Assembly: GCA_965224245.1 (NCBI GenBank)
Contig: OZ245046.1
Location: 5,888,001-5,952,000, forward strand
DNA from: Candidatus Eiseniibacteriota bacterium
GTDB taxonomy: Bacteria > Eisenbacteria > RBG-16-71-46 > CAZAMP01
Length of the DNA stretch: 64,000 bases
Direction: 5' to 3'
In this document: one piece after another, positions 41,759 through 51,153 of the stretch
Position numbering within the stretch: the stretch's first letter is position 1
Layout of the letters: each line of letters starts with the position of its first letter
The notes under the pieces: model-generated
Told to the model about the DNA's origin: nothing
Databases searched by the model: none
What the model saw: the letters and a program-made list of their open reading frames with translations, nothing else
Position numbers and translations under genes: made by a program

Positions 41759-42778
41759 TCACCCCCCGAGCGAGGGGGGTGTCTCGGCGCCCCGTCGGGC
41801 CAGCGTGAGCGCGAACAGGCGCTCGGAGTCGACGAACCAATCGCGAAACTCGAAGCCGGCTGCGGCGAGGAGCGCCTCCACGCGCGGGCGATCGAACTTG
41901 ACGCTGACCTCGGTGCGGATGCCCTCCCCGGCCTCGAACGCGAACTCCCTGGCCAGCTTGCGCGCGTACACGACCTGCCGCGCTCGCGCGTGCAGCCACA
42001 TCTCGATCCGGTGGTGTTCGGCATCGTAGAACGCGCGATGCTCGAACGCGTCGGGTACGAAGTCGGCGTCCAGACGTCTGTTCAGGTGGCGGAGCGAATT
42101 GCGGTTGAACTCGGCGGTGATGCCCTCCGAGTCGTTGTAGGCGGCCTCCAGGCGCGAGGGGTCCTTGACGAGATCGGTGCCCAGGAGGAGGTGATCGCCC
42201 TCGCACATCGTGTCGGCCACGTCGGCCAGGAACGCGGCGGCGTCGTCGGGCAGGAAGTTGCCGATCGTACCGCCCAGGAACAGGGTCAGCCGATCCTGCC
42301 CTCGGGGGATGTGACGGATGTCCAGCGTGAAGTCGCCGGCCACGCCGTGCACCGACAGGTCGGGATACTCGTCGACGAGCTCCAGCGCGACCTGACGCAG
42401 CGTGGCCTCGCTCACGTCGAACGGGACGTACCGCTCGAGCTGTCCCGCGGCGTCCATCGCGTCGAGGAGAACGCGCGTCTTGGTCGACATGCCCGAGCCC
42501 AGCTCCATGAGCTCCCCGGCGCCGGTCTGGCGCACGACGCCGGGCGCCACTCCCATCAGGAGGTGCCGCTCGGTTCGTGTCTGGTAGTACTCGGGGAGCG
42601 AGCAGATCCGATCGAAGAGCTGCGAGCCCACCTCGTCGTAGAAGTAACGGGCATTGACGGTGCGCGGCGATGCATCGAGACCGTCGGCGATCGCGTTCAG
42701 CTCGGTGGCCTCGTCCACGTGGAGGTGCACGTCGATCACGACGCGGTCCTCGTCGGAGGCGAGATTGGGGTCCAGCAT
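41759..42778 (-). CDS. egtD: Histidine N-alpha-trimethyltransferase EgtD family
   Basis: YFYDEVGSQLF, LPEYYQTRTE, ELGSG, GGTIGN, AAYND, IEMWL, IRTEVSVKF; AAGGAG RBS. Confidence 0.9.
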   Translation of the reverse strand: MLDPNLASDEDRVVIDVHLHVDEATELNAIADGLDASPRTVNARYFYDEVGSQLFDRICSLPEYYQTRTERHLLMGVAPGVVRQTGAGELMELGSGMSTKTRVLLDAMDAAGQLERYVPFDVSEATLRQVALELVDEYPDLSVHGVAGDFTLDIRHIPRGQDRLTLFLGGTIGNFLPDDAAAFLADVADTMCEGDHLLLGTDLVKDPSRLEAAYNDSEGITAEFNRNSLRHLNRRLDADFVPDAFEHRAFYDAEHHRIEMWLHARARQVVYARKLAREFAFEAGEGIRTEVSVKFDRPRVEALLAAAGFEFRDWFVDSERLFALTLARRGAETPPSLGG

Positions 42779-43002
42779 CGCGCATGGCTCCTTTGGGGTG
42801 ACCAGCCACGACCGGACCCGAAACCCAGCGCGACGGGGCGCGCAAATCGCGCGCGAAGGCACATGATGTAACTGGCATCTCGTCGCACGTCGTGACGACG
42901 AGCCGTACGATCGTAACCCGGGAGCGATCGGACGCGCAAACCGGCGGCTCACCCGGAGCCGGGCCGATCGTGGGGACTTACGCGGACCCCGTCCGGCTGA
43001 GA

Positions 43003-44637
43003 TCAGCCCAGCCCCCGTGGTGTCAGGTGGCGCTCGACCAGTGCCAGAACGCCGTCCACCGAGAGGGCGAGCGCCGCGGCGGGAACGGCGCCGGACAGGA
43101 TCTCGGTCGTGTCGTTCGACTGGAGTCCGGAGATGATGGGCTCTCCCAGCCCTCCGGCGCCGATGAACGCGGCCAGGGTCGCCGTTCCCACCGTGATCAC
43201 CGCCGCCGTGCGGACGCCGGCCATGATGATCGGTGCGGCCAGCGGCAGCCGGACGTGGAGCAGCACCTGCCTTGCCGTCATCCCGAGCGCGGACGCCGCG
43301 GTGACCGCGCTCGGCGACGCGTCCCGCACGCCCGAGAACGTGTTGCGCACCATCGGAAACAGCGAGTACACGAAGAGCGCCGTGATCGCGGGCGGCGCGC
43401 CGATCCCGAGCAGCGGGATCATGAACGCGAGGAGCGCCAGCGAGGGAACGGTCTGCGTGATCCCGATCGCGCGGATGACGGGCTCGGCCATCCGGCGATT
43501 GCGCTCCAGAGCGAGCCCGATCGGCACGGCGACCACCACGCCGAGCCCCAGCGCGATCACGGTGAGCCCCAGGTGCTCGATCACGCGGTGCCAGAGCGCG
43601 TCGCGGTTGGCCCAGACGTAGCTCCAGAAGCCCCGGTCACGCGTGGTGACCGCGTCGACGTCGCGGGCACCGACGAGACCGAGCGTCTCCAGCGCGTCCT
43701 GCGCCACCACCTCGATCGCCTCGCCGCCGTGCTCGACCCGGAGGTTCAGCGCGCGCATCGCGTCCGCGTCCAGCGCACCGGCCAGGAGCCCGAGCGCAGC
43801 GGCGATCTCGGGGTACGCCTCGAGCGCCGACCCGCGCACCAGCGCGCAGGCCTCGTACGGTGGGAAGAACGAGAGGTCGTCCTCCAGCACGACGAGGTCG
43901 TTCACCACGAGCCGTCCGTCGGTCGTGTAGACGTCCAGGCAGTCGATCTCTCGCGCGCCGGCAGCCTGGTACTTGAGCGCCTGCTGCATGCCGCGCACAC
44001 TGCCGAAGGAGAGGCCGTAGTGGGCCTCGAGGCCGGGCAGACCATCATCGCGCGTGATGAACTCGTATCCGAACGCGGCGGTGAGCTCCGGCGCGATCGG
44101 CACCAGGTCGGAGATCGTGGCCAGCCCATCGCGTTCGGCGAGGTCGCGGGGGACGGCGATCTCGTACGCGTTCTCGAAGCCGAGGGGCGCCAGCCAGTAC
44201 AGGTTCCACTCGGCGAGGAACGCCGATCGCACGCGGTTGAGCGTGGCCACGCCGTCGGTCGACGGCGCGTCGCCGAGGATCGTGACGAGACCGGTGCCGG
44301 TGTACTCGGGATAGACGTCGATGTCGCCCGAGCGGAGGGCGTCGAAGCAGATCTGAGTGCCGGCGAGCCCCAGCGAGCGCTCGACGGTGAGCCCCGTGCG
44401 CGACTCGATCAGGCGGGCGAACATCTCGGCCAGGAGCTTGTTCTCGTCGAAGTTCTTGGATCCGATCGTGATCGAGCCGGCCGGCCCGCTCCGCGCCGGG
44501 TCCGGGGGCACCGGATCGCCCGACGTCGCCGGCGCGGCGTCGGTGTCCGCCGCCGATGCGATCCCGACCCGTGGCGCCGCCGCACCGAGCCCGATGGCCA
44601 GCGAGACGGCCGCGCCGACCCACCCGAGCCCCGTCAC
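43003..44637 (-). CDS. Betaine/osmoprotectant-family ABC transporter, fused substrate-binding (N) + permease (C)
   Basis: Signal peptide; GSKNF, YPEYTGT, GFENAY, YTTDG, FFPPY; permease QTVPSLALL, ALGMT, GAGGLGE. Confidence 0.9.
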   Translation of the reverse strand: MTGLGWVGAAVSLAIGLGAAAPRVGIASAADTDAAPATSGDPVPPDPARSGPAGSITIGSKNFDENKLLAEMFARLIESRTGLTVERSLGLAGTQICFDALRSGDIDVYPEYTGTGLVTILGDAPSTDGVATLNRVRSAFLAEWNLYWLAPLGFENAYEIAVPRDLAERDGLATISDLVPIAPELTAAFGYEFITRDDGLPGLEAHYGLSFGSVRGMQQALKYQAAGAREIDCLDVYTTDGRLVVNDLVVLEDDLSFFPPYEACALVRGSALEAYPEIAAALGLLAGALDADAMRALNLRVEHGGEAIEVVAQDALETLGLVGARDVDAVTTRDRGFWSYVWANRDALWHRVIEHLGLTVIALGLGVVVAVPIGLALERNRRMAEPVIRAIGITQTVPSLALLAFMIPLLGIGAPPAITALFVYSLFPMVRNTFSGVRDASPSAVTAASALGMTARQVLLHVRLPLAAPIIMAGVRTAAVITVGTATLAAFIGAGGLGEPIISGLQSNDTTEILSGAVPAAALALSVDGVLALVERHLTPRGLG

Positions 44638-45383
44638 GCGTCCGTCCGCGCGATCGAGGCGTGGTCGAGGAGCCGGCGCACGTAGGGATCACGGGTCGCC
44701 GCGATCGCCTCGGGCGTGTCATACGCGACGATCACCCCCTCCTTCATGACGCCGACCCGGTCTCCCAGGCGGAATGCCTCGGTCACGTCGTGCGTGACCA
44801 GCACCATCGTCTTGCGCAGCCGCGTGGCCAGCTCGCGAAACGCCTCCTGTACCTCCACGCGCGTGATCGCGTCCAGCGCCCCGAACGGCTCGTCGAGGAG
44901 CACGACGTCAGGGTCCGCGGCCAGCGCGCGTGCGACCGCGACCCGCTGGCGCTGCCCGCCGGAGAGCGCCTTCGGGTAGCGAGCACGGAACGTGGCGGGG
45001 TCGAGTCCGACGAGATCCAGGAGCTCGTCGGTCCTGGCGTCGGTGCGCTTTCGGTCCCAGCCCAGAAGCCCGGGCACGAGCGCGACGTTGCGCGCGACCG
45101 GCCAGTGCGGGAGGAGGCCGCCTTCCTGCTGGACGTATCCGGTGTGCCGGCGGAGCGTGATGGGATCCAGACCCGACGCGTCGGCACCCCGGATCAGCAC
45201 ACGACCACGCGTGGGGCGGACGAGCCGGTTGAACATCTTCAGGAGGGTCGACTTGCCGGAGCCGCTCTCGCCGATCAGCGCGGCCGTCTGGCCCTCGCCG
45301 ATCGCGATCGACACGCCGGCCAGCGCGTGCGTGGGGCCGGGATACACCTTCTCGACGTCGACGGCCTCCAGCGCGGTGGACAT
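44634..45383 (-). CDS. ABC ATPase, OpuA/ProV-like, without CBS domains
   Basis: GESGSGKST, LSGGQRQR, LLDEPFGALD, VTHD; 4-nt overlap with the permease gene. Confidence 0.93.
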   Translation of the reverse strand: MSTALEAVDVEKVYPGPTHALAGVSIAIGEGQTAALIGESGSGKSTLLKMFNRLVRPTRGRVLIRGADASGLDPITLRRHTGYVQQEGGLLPHWPVARNVALVPGLLGWDRKRTDARTDELLDLVGLDPATFRARYPKALSGGQRQRVAVARALAADPDVVLLDEPFGALDAITRVEVQEAFRELATRLRKTMVLVTHDVTEAFRLGDRVGVMKEGVIVAYDTPEAIAATRDPYVRRLLDHASIARTDA

Positions 45384-45517
45384 CGTTGGGTCCTTTCACG
45401 ACGAATGGGGCGGTCAGCTCGTGACTCGCCCCACTCGAGGACTCCGAATGCGATCAGCAGGCGCCGCGCCGGCAGTGCCGCCGCCGCGGTGCCATGGCGG
45501 CAGCGCCGCGCGGGATC

Positions 45518-45823
45518 CTAGAATCCCAGCTCGGCCTTGCGCGCCTCGGCCGTCGGCAGCGGATCTTCCTTCTCGTTGACCACGGGAAGGCCGGGCGCCT
45601 TGTCGGCGTTGATCTGAAGCCACTCCTGCTTGTCGTCGGGGAGATCGGCCTCGTCGTAGATCGCCTGGACGGGGCACTCGGGAACACACGCTCCGCAGTC
45701 GATGCACTCGTCGGGATCGATGTAGAGCATCTCCTCGTCTCCGTGGAAGCAGTCCACGGGACACACCGTGACACAGTCGGTGAAGCGGCACTTCTGGCAG
45801 TTGTCGACGACGACGTACGTCAT
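45518..45823 (-). CDS. fdxA: 7Fe-type ferredoxin
   Basis: CQKCRFTDCVTVCPVDCF, IDPDECIDCGACVPECP. Confidence 0.93.
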   Translation of the reverse strand: MTYVVVDNCQKCRFTDCVTVCPVDCFHGDEEMLYIDPDECIDCGACVPECPVQAIYDEADLPDDKQEWLQINADKAPGLPVVNEKEDPLPTAEARKAELGF

Positions 45824-45921
45824 GCGAGGCCTCCCGCGCCCGCGGCGAGCCGCGGACGAACGTGTGAATATCCAAAGACTTGGGGAGTCTACGGTCGAGC
45901 GTGGGGGGCGTCAAGGCAGGC

Positions 45922-47010
45922 CTAGGACGACTCGTCGCGCGTCAGGGGCACGTCGTACGGCAGATGTCGGACGTGAAGCGTGGGCCCGTCGGCGTCCCCG
46001 AGACGCAGCGCGTCGGAGTCCGATGCGGCCTCGGCGCTCGCGGTCGTGAGCACGGCGAGCGCGTCGAGCCCACCGGCGCGGAGCGACGCGCTCACGACGA
46101 TCGTGCCGGCCCGAGCGTCGTCCTCGGCGGACCAGACGGGCGTGCCCGGCGCCGGCGGATCTCCGGTGGTCGAGCTGACCCGGTACATGCGCCGCTTGAT
46201 CTGGCCCAGGTAGTGGACGCGCGCGACCACCTCCTGACCCGGGTAACACCCCTTGGTGAAGCTCACGCCGTCGATCGCGTGCAGGTTCAGCATCTGGGGG
46301 ACGAACGAGCCGCTCGTCTCCGCGGTGACCGAGGGCTCTCCGGCGCGGATCTGGTGGCGCGTCCACACGTCACGGCCCGCCGGGGCGAGCCGGGGGGTCA
46401 CGCGGCCCCACAGCTCGCGAACCGTGGCCGGCGGGCCCACGGCCAGGAGCCGGGGAACGCGCCCCATCACCCGGACGACCGTGAGTCGGTCACCGGTGGT
46501 GACGCACCAGGCGCCGGGAGGCTCGGACATGCCGGCCCGGGCCAGCGCCTCGCCCACGTCGACGCCGACCAGACCGATCGTGCACGACTCGTCGGACGCG
46601 TCGTGGAACGTGACGTCGGCCCGCAGCCGGAAGCGCTCGAGCTGCGTCCTGGCGATCGGAAGCACGTCGCGAGGCAATAGGAGCCGGTAGCCCGCGCGCG
46701 CGCCGCCGTCACCGGTCGTCGTGGCCACGAAGAGCGCCAGCAGCCGGCCCTTCGCCGTGCAGTAGCCCGAGAGCTGGGCGCTCGACCCGTCGACCCGGGA
46801 CAGGTCGTTCGTGAACTGATTCTGCAGGAACCGAGAGGCGTCCGGTCCGTGTATGTCCAGGGGGACGATGTCCGAGAGGTCCATGACGGCGTCGATGGCC
46901 TCGATCGCATCGCCTTCGCCGGAGACGTGCCCGGGCTCGAAGCCGACGACCACGCCGTCGCGGATCACGGCGCCCTCGTCGATCAGATGGGCGCGCCAGT
47001 CGGGATGCAC
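45922..47010 (-). CDS. ygfZ: Folate-binding Fe-S maturation protein
   Basis: FLQNQFTND, signature KGCYPGQEVVAR, LPY; GTG start at 47010 after GAGG. Confidence 0.92.
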   Translation of the reverse strand: MHPDWRAHLIDEGAVIRDGVVVGFEPGHVSGEGDAIEAIDAVMDLSDIVPLDIHGPDASRFLQNQFTNDLSRVDGSSAQLSGYCTAKGRLLALFVATTTGDGGARAGYRLLLPRDVLPIARTQLERFRLRADVTFHDASDESCTIGLVGVDVGEALARAGMSEPPGAWCVTTGDRLTVVRVMGRVPRLLAVGPPATVRELWGRVTPRLAPAGRDVWTRHQIRAGEPSVTAETSGSFVPQMLNLHAIDGVSFTKGCYPGQEVVARVHYLGQIKRRMYRVSSTTGDPPAPGTPVWSAEDDARAGTIVVSASLRAGGLDALAVLTTASAEAASDSDALRLGDADGPTLHVRHLPYDVPLTRDESS

Positions 47011-47128
47011 GTGAACCTCGCCCCGGCGGGGTGGAACGGCCGCAAATGCCGCTCGTCGCCACCCGCCTCGTGGGTTACCATCTTTCGCTCGAAACCGGAC
47101 TCTTCCTCTCCCTCTCGGAGGCTCTACG

Positions 47129-48142
47129 ATGGCAAAGGTTCGCGTCGGTATCAACGGGTTCGGCCGGATCGGCCGCTGCGCGCTGAAGAACATGATGCGC
47201 CGGGACGACTTCGAGGTCGTCGGCATAAACGACCTGGCCGACATCGGCGATCTCGCCTATCTCCTGAAGTACGACTCGATCCACGGGTGGTATCCCCCGA
47301 AGGTCGAGGCGGACGACTCCACGATCGTCGTCGCCAAGACGCCGATTCGCTTCATGTCCGAGCGCAACCCCGCCGACATCCGCTGGGGCGAGCTCGGCGC
47401 GGACATCGTCATCGAGAGCACCGGCGCGTTCCGAACGCGGGACGAAGCCGGCCTGCACCTCGAGGGTGGCGCCAGGCGCGTGGTCATGTCCGCTCCCGGC
47501 AAGGACGTCGATGGCACGTTCGTCTACGGCGTGAACCACGAGACGTACGACCCCGCGAAGCACGTCGTCATCTCCAACGCGTCCTGCACGACGAACTCGC
47601 TGGCGCCGGTGGCCAAGGTGCTCCACGAGCGCTTCGGGATTGCGCACCTCACGATCACGACCGTGCATGCCTACACGTCGAGTCAGGCGCTGATGGACAC
47701 GCCCATGCGGAAGCGTCGCCGCGGTCGTGCGGCCGCGCTGTCGATCGTGCCCACCACGACCGGGGCGGCGCGGGCCACCGAGCTGGTCATCCCCGAGCTG
47801 ACGGGCCGGATGGACGGCATGGCGCTCCGGGTACCGGTTCCCGACGGATCGGTCACCGACATCACCGTCACCCTGGAATCCGACGTGACCGCCGAGTCGG
47901 TCAACCGTGCACTCCAGGAGGCGTCGAGCGAGCCGCGCTTCGCGGGCGTGCTCCGGGTGTCGGACGAGGCGCTCGTGTCGCGCGACATCCTCGGGGATCC
48001 GCACTCGTCGATCGTCGATGCCGAGTCGACGATGGTTCTCGACAAGCGAATCGTGAAGATCCTGGCCTGGTACGACAACGAGTGGGGATACTCGGCCCGC
48101 CTGGCCGACATGGCCGGCTACATGGCGTCGAAGGGCCTCTGA
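47129..48142 (+). CDS. gap: Glyceraldehyde-3-phosphate dehydrogenase, type I
   Basis: GINGFGRIGR, ISNASCTTN, TTGAA, WYDNEWGYS; GGAGG RBS. Confidence 0.96.
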   Translation: MAKVRVGINGFGRIGRCALKNMMRRDDFEVVGINDLADIGDLAYLLKYDSIHGWYPPKVEADDSTIVVAKTPIRFMSERNPADIRWGELGADIVIESTGAFRTRDEAGLHLEGGARRVVMSAPGKDVDGTFVYGVNHETYDPAKHVVISNASCTTNSLAPVAKVLHERFGIAHLTITTVHAYTSSQALMDTPMRKRRRGRAAALSIVPTTTGAARATELVIPELTGRMDGMALRVPVPDGSVTDITVTLESDVTAESVNRALQEASSEPRFAGVLRVSDEALVSRDILGDPHSSIVDAESTMVLDKRIVKILAWYDNEWGYSARLADMAGYMASKGL

Positions 48143-48147
48143 GGCGA

Positions 48148-48190
48148 GGACCGCGCCGGCGGCGCCGTATCGCGTGAGACGACGCGGTCC
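48148..48190. terminator. Inverted repeat between convergent gap and hypothetical gene
   Basis: GGACCGCG (48148-48155) and CGCGGTCC (48183-48190). Confidence 0.35.
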
Positions 48191-48204
48191 GCGCCGCCGG
48201 ACGA

Positions 48205-48732
48205 TCAGTCGGCGTCGACCATCCTCAGGACCGCGTCCAGATCGACCTGGGCACGCGCACAGCGGTGGATGTTCTTCTGCACGATCACGCGCGCGAGCGT
48301 CGGGTCGATCTCGGCGCCGGCGTCGACCAGTCCCTTCATCGCGCGGTCGAGCCGCCCCATTGCCATCGCCACCAGCGAGCGCTCCATCGCGCAGGGATCG
48401 ATCGAACCGGGATCGATCGACGCCGCCTCGACGGCCGCCAGGCGATCCGCTGCGCGGGCGGTCCTGCCCTCCCGGGGGATCTCGACCACGTCCACGTCGG
48501 CGACGGTGCCACCGCCGGCCACGCGCCGGGCCTCGGCGCGACCCCCGCACAGGATCCCGATCGCCCCGTTGATCTCGAGCCGGATCTGCAGGCATCGGGT
48601 CACGTTGGTGTGCACGATCGCGGAGGCGAACCGGTCGTCGAGGAGATCGGCGGTCCGGGTGAGCGCCGTGATGGCGGCCGCCACGTGGGCGCTGACGTCG
48701 TGCAGGGTGTCTTCGATCGGCGAGGTGTTCAC
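48205..48732 (-). CDS. Hypothetical helical protein with an internal duplication
   Basis: AGGAG RBS before GTG; GC3-rich codons; two copies of A-x2-IV-x2-N-x2-RC. Confidence 0.7.
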   Translation of the reverse strand: MNTSPIEDTLHDVSAHVAAAITALTRTADLLDDRFASAIVHTNVTRCLQIRLEINGAIGILCGGRAEARRVAGGGTVADVDVVEIPREGRTARAADRLAAVEAASIDPGSIDPCAMERSLVAMAMGRLDRAMKGLVDAGAEIDPTLARVIVQKNIHRCARAQVDLDAVLRMVDAD

Positions 48733-48886
48733 GCGCGTGACTCCTGGCCTTCGGAGGAACGGGTCGCACGGCCGATGAGCCGGTGGGGGCCCGCCGGTTC
48801 ACTAGTCATCGGCCGTCGCGACCATCGTTTTGAGCGCAAAGTCACGGCGTGGGGAGGCGGGGCGGCATCGCCGCCCCGTCAGAGGG

Positions 48887-49764
48887 TCAGTCCGTGCGGA
48901 GCTCCACGGTGCCGCTGAACGACGAGAGGTTCACGTGCGCCGATCCGTCACCCACGGTGAAGTGGAGCTCCGAGCCGGGGCCGCGCCGCCGCGAGCGGCC
49001 GTCCTCACGTCCGATCTCGTTCCGGATGGAGCCGGAGAACGTCGAGACGTCGAACTCGGCATCGACATCCCCGACCAGCGTCAGCACGATGTCACCGCTG
49101 TGGCTCTCGCCCTCGACGCGAGCGTCCTCGTTCAGCCGTCCTTCGAACCGGACCAGCCCCGAGACGGTCTCGACCGCGAGCCGGTCGAAGTCGTCGCCGT
49201 AGACGTCCACGTCGCCGCTGACCGACGCGGCCTCCAGCCGCCCGCGCAGTCCCCTGGCCTCGATCGATCCCGAGACGGTGCTCAGCTCGGTCTCGTCGGT
49301 CTTTGCGTCGCAGTCGATGTCGCCGCTGACCGTCGCCGCCGAGAGCTCGCCCGGCTCGCCTCGGATCGTGATGTCGCCGCTGACCGACTCGAGGCTGAGC
49401 GCCGCGGTCAGCTCCTCCACGTCGATGCTGGCGCTGACGGTCTCGACCTCGACGCGGCTGCCCTTCGGCACCCGGATCTCGAGATCGCTTCCGTCCACGT
49501 TCGCGCTCGCCTCGGCAGGACCACCTTGATCCGGGCCCGCGATCCGTCCACGTCGAAGTCGAGCCGCTCGGTGCCACGGCCGAGCTCACCCTGGACATGG
49601 ATCTCGTCGCGGTCCCATCCGATGACCACGATCGACCCCGACACGTTCTCGATGTGGACCCGTCCATCGGGCTCGGCCGACTTCCGCTCGTCGACCTCCT
49701 CGCCTCGCACCACGCCGGCCGTCGAGAACGCCAGCACTGCGAGCCCCATGATGATCGTCTTCAT
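48887..49764 (-). pseudogene. DUF4097 (beta-strand repeat, putative adhesin) exported protein split by a 1-nt frameshift near 49500
   Basis: ORF 49408..49764 has the signal peptide and ENVSGSI; ORF 48887..49498 continues with (T/S)VSG(D/S)I repeats; junction GCG CG AAC GTG. Confidence 0.8.
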
Positions 49765-49833
49765 GATCGTCTCCCATCCACCTCGGAACGAGCCTCGGCG
49801 GGCTTGGTGTCGTTTCGCGCCCGAGGGCGCTGT

Positions 49834-50442
49834 CTACGTGTCGTCGGAGCCGGTCGCCGGCGTCTCGCCGGATGTCTCGGTGTCGTCCGGCGCGGCCATC
49901 CGCGCCGCGCGTCGCGCCAGCGCGAGCCGGTCGGTGTAGTCGTCGACGACACGCCGTGCGAGCGCCTCGTCGTCGGGATGCTGCCGGAGCGCATCCCGAG
50001 ACTCGTCCAGTGCCGTCCGGATCACCGCGAGCGCCGCCTCCACGGTCGCCGCGGTCTCCGGCGACATCGCGCCGCCGCCGGCCGACGTCTCCTCGGTGAA
50101 GATCCGCTCCAGCTCCGAGCACTGGGACTCGAGGCGATCGAAGGTCGCCACCAGCGCCCCGGACGGGGTCACCCCGTCGCGCGGCGTCGGATCGGTTCCC
50201 ATCCGGGTCACGCCGGCGACGATCAGCACCGCGGCGGCCGCCGCCGTCATCCAGCCGAGCCACGTCGCAGACCGACTTCCACCGAAGGTCGGTCGGAGCG
50301 CGATCGTTCCCGGAGCGCCTTCTCTCTCCAGCTGAGCGCGAAGCTCCGGCCAGAGATCGCGGCGCGGCGCGATCTCCCGCGGGAGCGCCCGGGCGGCCTC
50401 GGACAGCGCGTCGGGCGTCGCATCGATTCGTCGATCATCCAT
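49834..50442 (-). CDS. Putative single-TM anti-sigma factor
   Basis: PRRDLWPEL, TM WMTAAAAAVLIVAGV, ALRQHPDD helical C-domain; overlaps ECF gene. Confidence 0.72.
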   Translation of the reverse strand: MDDRRIDATPDALSEAARALPREIAPRRDLWPELRAQLEREGAPGTIALRPTFGGSRSATWLGWMTAAAAAVLIVAGVTRMGTDPTPRDGVTPSGALVATFDRLESQCSELERIFTEETSAGGGAMSPETAATVEAALAVIRTALDESRDALRQHPDDEALARRVVDDYTDRLALARRAARMAAPDDTETSGETPATGSDDT

Positions 50443-50998
50443 GCTGTGCTCCGAGTGTTCGTTTCAAGAGGCGTCGCGCTCGATGAAGCTGCGCCTTCGA
50501 CGTTCCCGGCCGGATGCCGCACATCTGGGCGATCTCGGCGTGACCGAACCCCTCGACCTCGTGCAACACGAACACGATCCGCGCGCCGTCGGGCAGCTCG
50601 CCGATTGCGCGCTCCAGATCCACGCGCGCCCCCGGGTCGACCCGTGGCGGCGCGGCGGCGTCGTCCTCGGTGATGTCGGTCGCATGCTCGAGCGCTCGCC
50701 TGAGCGACGCGCGTCTCGCATCCAGCACCACGTTCACGGTCAGACGATGGAGCCACGTCGCGAACGCCGCCTCGCCGCGAAAGCTCCCGAGCCGCTGCCA
50801 GGCCCGGAGGAACGCGTCCTGCGTCCGGTCCTCGGCGTCGTCGCGCCGCGCGGTCAGGCGCACGCAGATGGCGTGCACGTGGCCGACGTGGCGCCGGTAG
50901 AGTGCCTCGAAGGCGACCAGATCCCCGTCGCGTGCGCGGGCCACCAGGGCCGCGTCCGGCGAGGGGTCGTCGACGTGTCGGGGCGGTGACGTGATCAT
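50435..50998 (-). CDS. ECF RNA polymerase sigma factor
   Basis: GDLVAFEALY, AEDRTQDAFL, FRGEAAFATWLHRL, HAEIA, GTSKAQLHRAR; GAGGAG RBS. Confidence 0.93.
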   Translation of the reverse strand: MITSPPRHVDDPSPDAALVARARDGDLVAFEALYRRHVGHVHAICVRLTARRDDAEDRTQDAFLRAWQRLGSFRGEAAFATWLHRLTVNVVLDARRASLRRALEHATDITEDDAAAPPRVDPGARVDLERAIGELPDGARIVFVLHEVEGFGHAEIAQMCGIRPGTSKAQLHRARRLLKRTLGAQHG

Positions 50999-51104
50999 CG
51001 GGCTCCTCGTCGTTCGTCAACCGATCTGACGTCGTCATGATCGCAGGGGTTTAGTCCCCGGCGCGAGAGGCGCGTAAAAAGCGGGAGATTCCGTGCAACT
51101 CGAG

Positions 51105-51118
51105 ACTACGGGTGTAGT
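51105..51118. promoter_or_regulatory. Putative BlaI/CopY-family operator overlapping a -10-like TAGTAT
   Basis: Palindrome ACTAC-GGGT-GTAGT; core TACG-GG-TGTA is one mismatch from the TACA-NN-TGTA box; 35 nt upstream of blaI. Confidence 0.7.
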
Positions 51119-51153
51119 ATTAAGAGCGTGACCGTCGACGGGACATTCAACGC

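Noticed and set aside
39350-42871. 1173-aa plus-strand ORF and similar long ORFs (4168..6375, 9659..12289, 13440..15374, 35166..37304, 54199..56919)
   Set aside because: Shadow frames of recognisable genes; R/G/A-rich with no motifs, as expected when stops are rare at high GC
42779-43002. Possible riboswitch upstream of egtD
   Set aside because: GC-rich stems are present but I could not match SAM, cobalamin or other aptamer cores; an Infernal/Rfam scan would be needed
47129-48142. GAPDH with SCTTNS and a basic S-loop (KRRRGR) as a novel enzyme
   Set aside because: Catalytic Cys and His are intact; the second Cys to Ser change is a common variant
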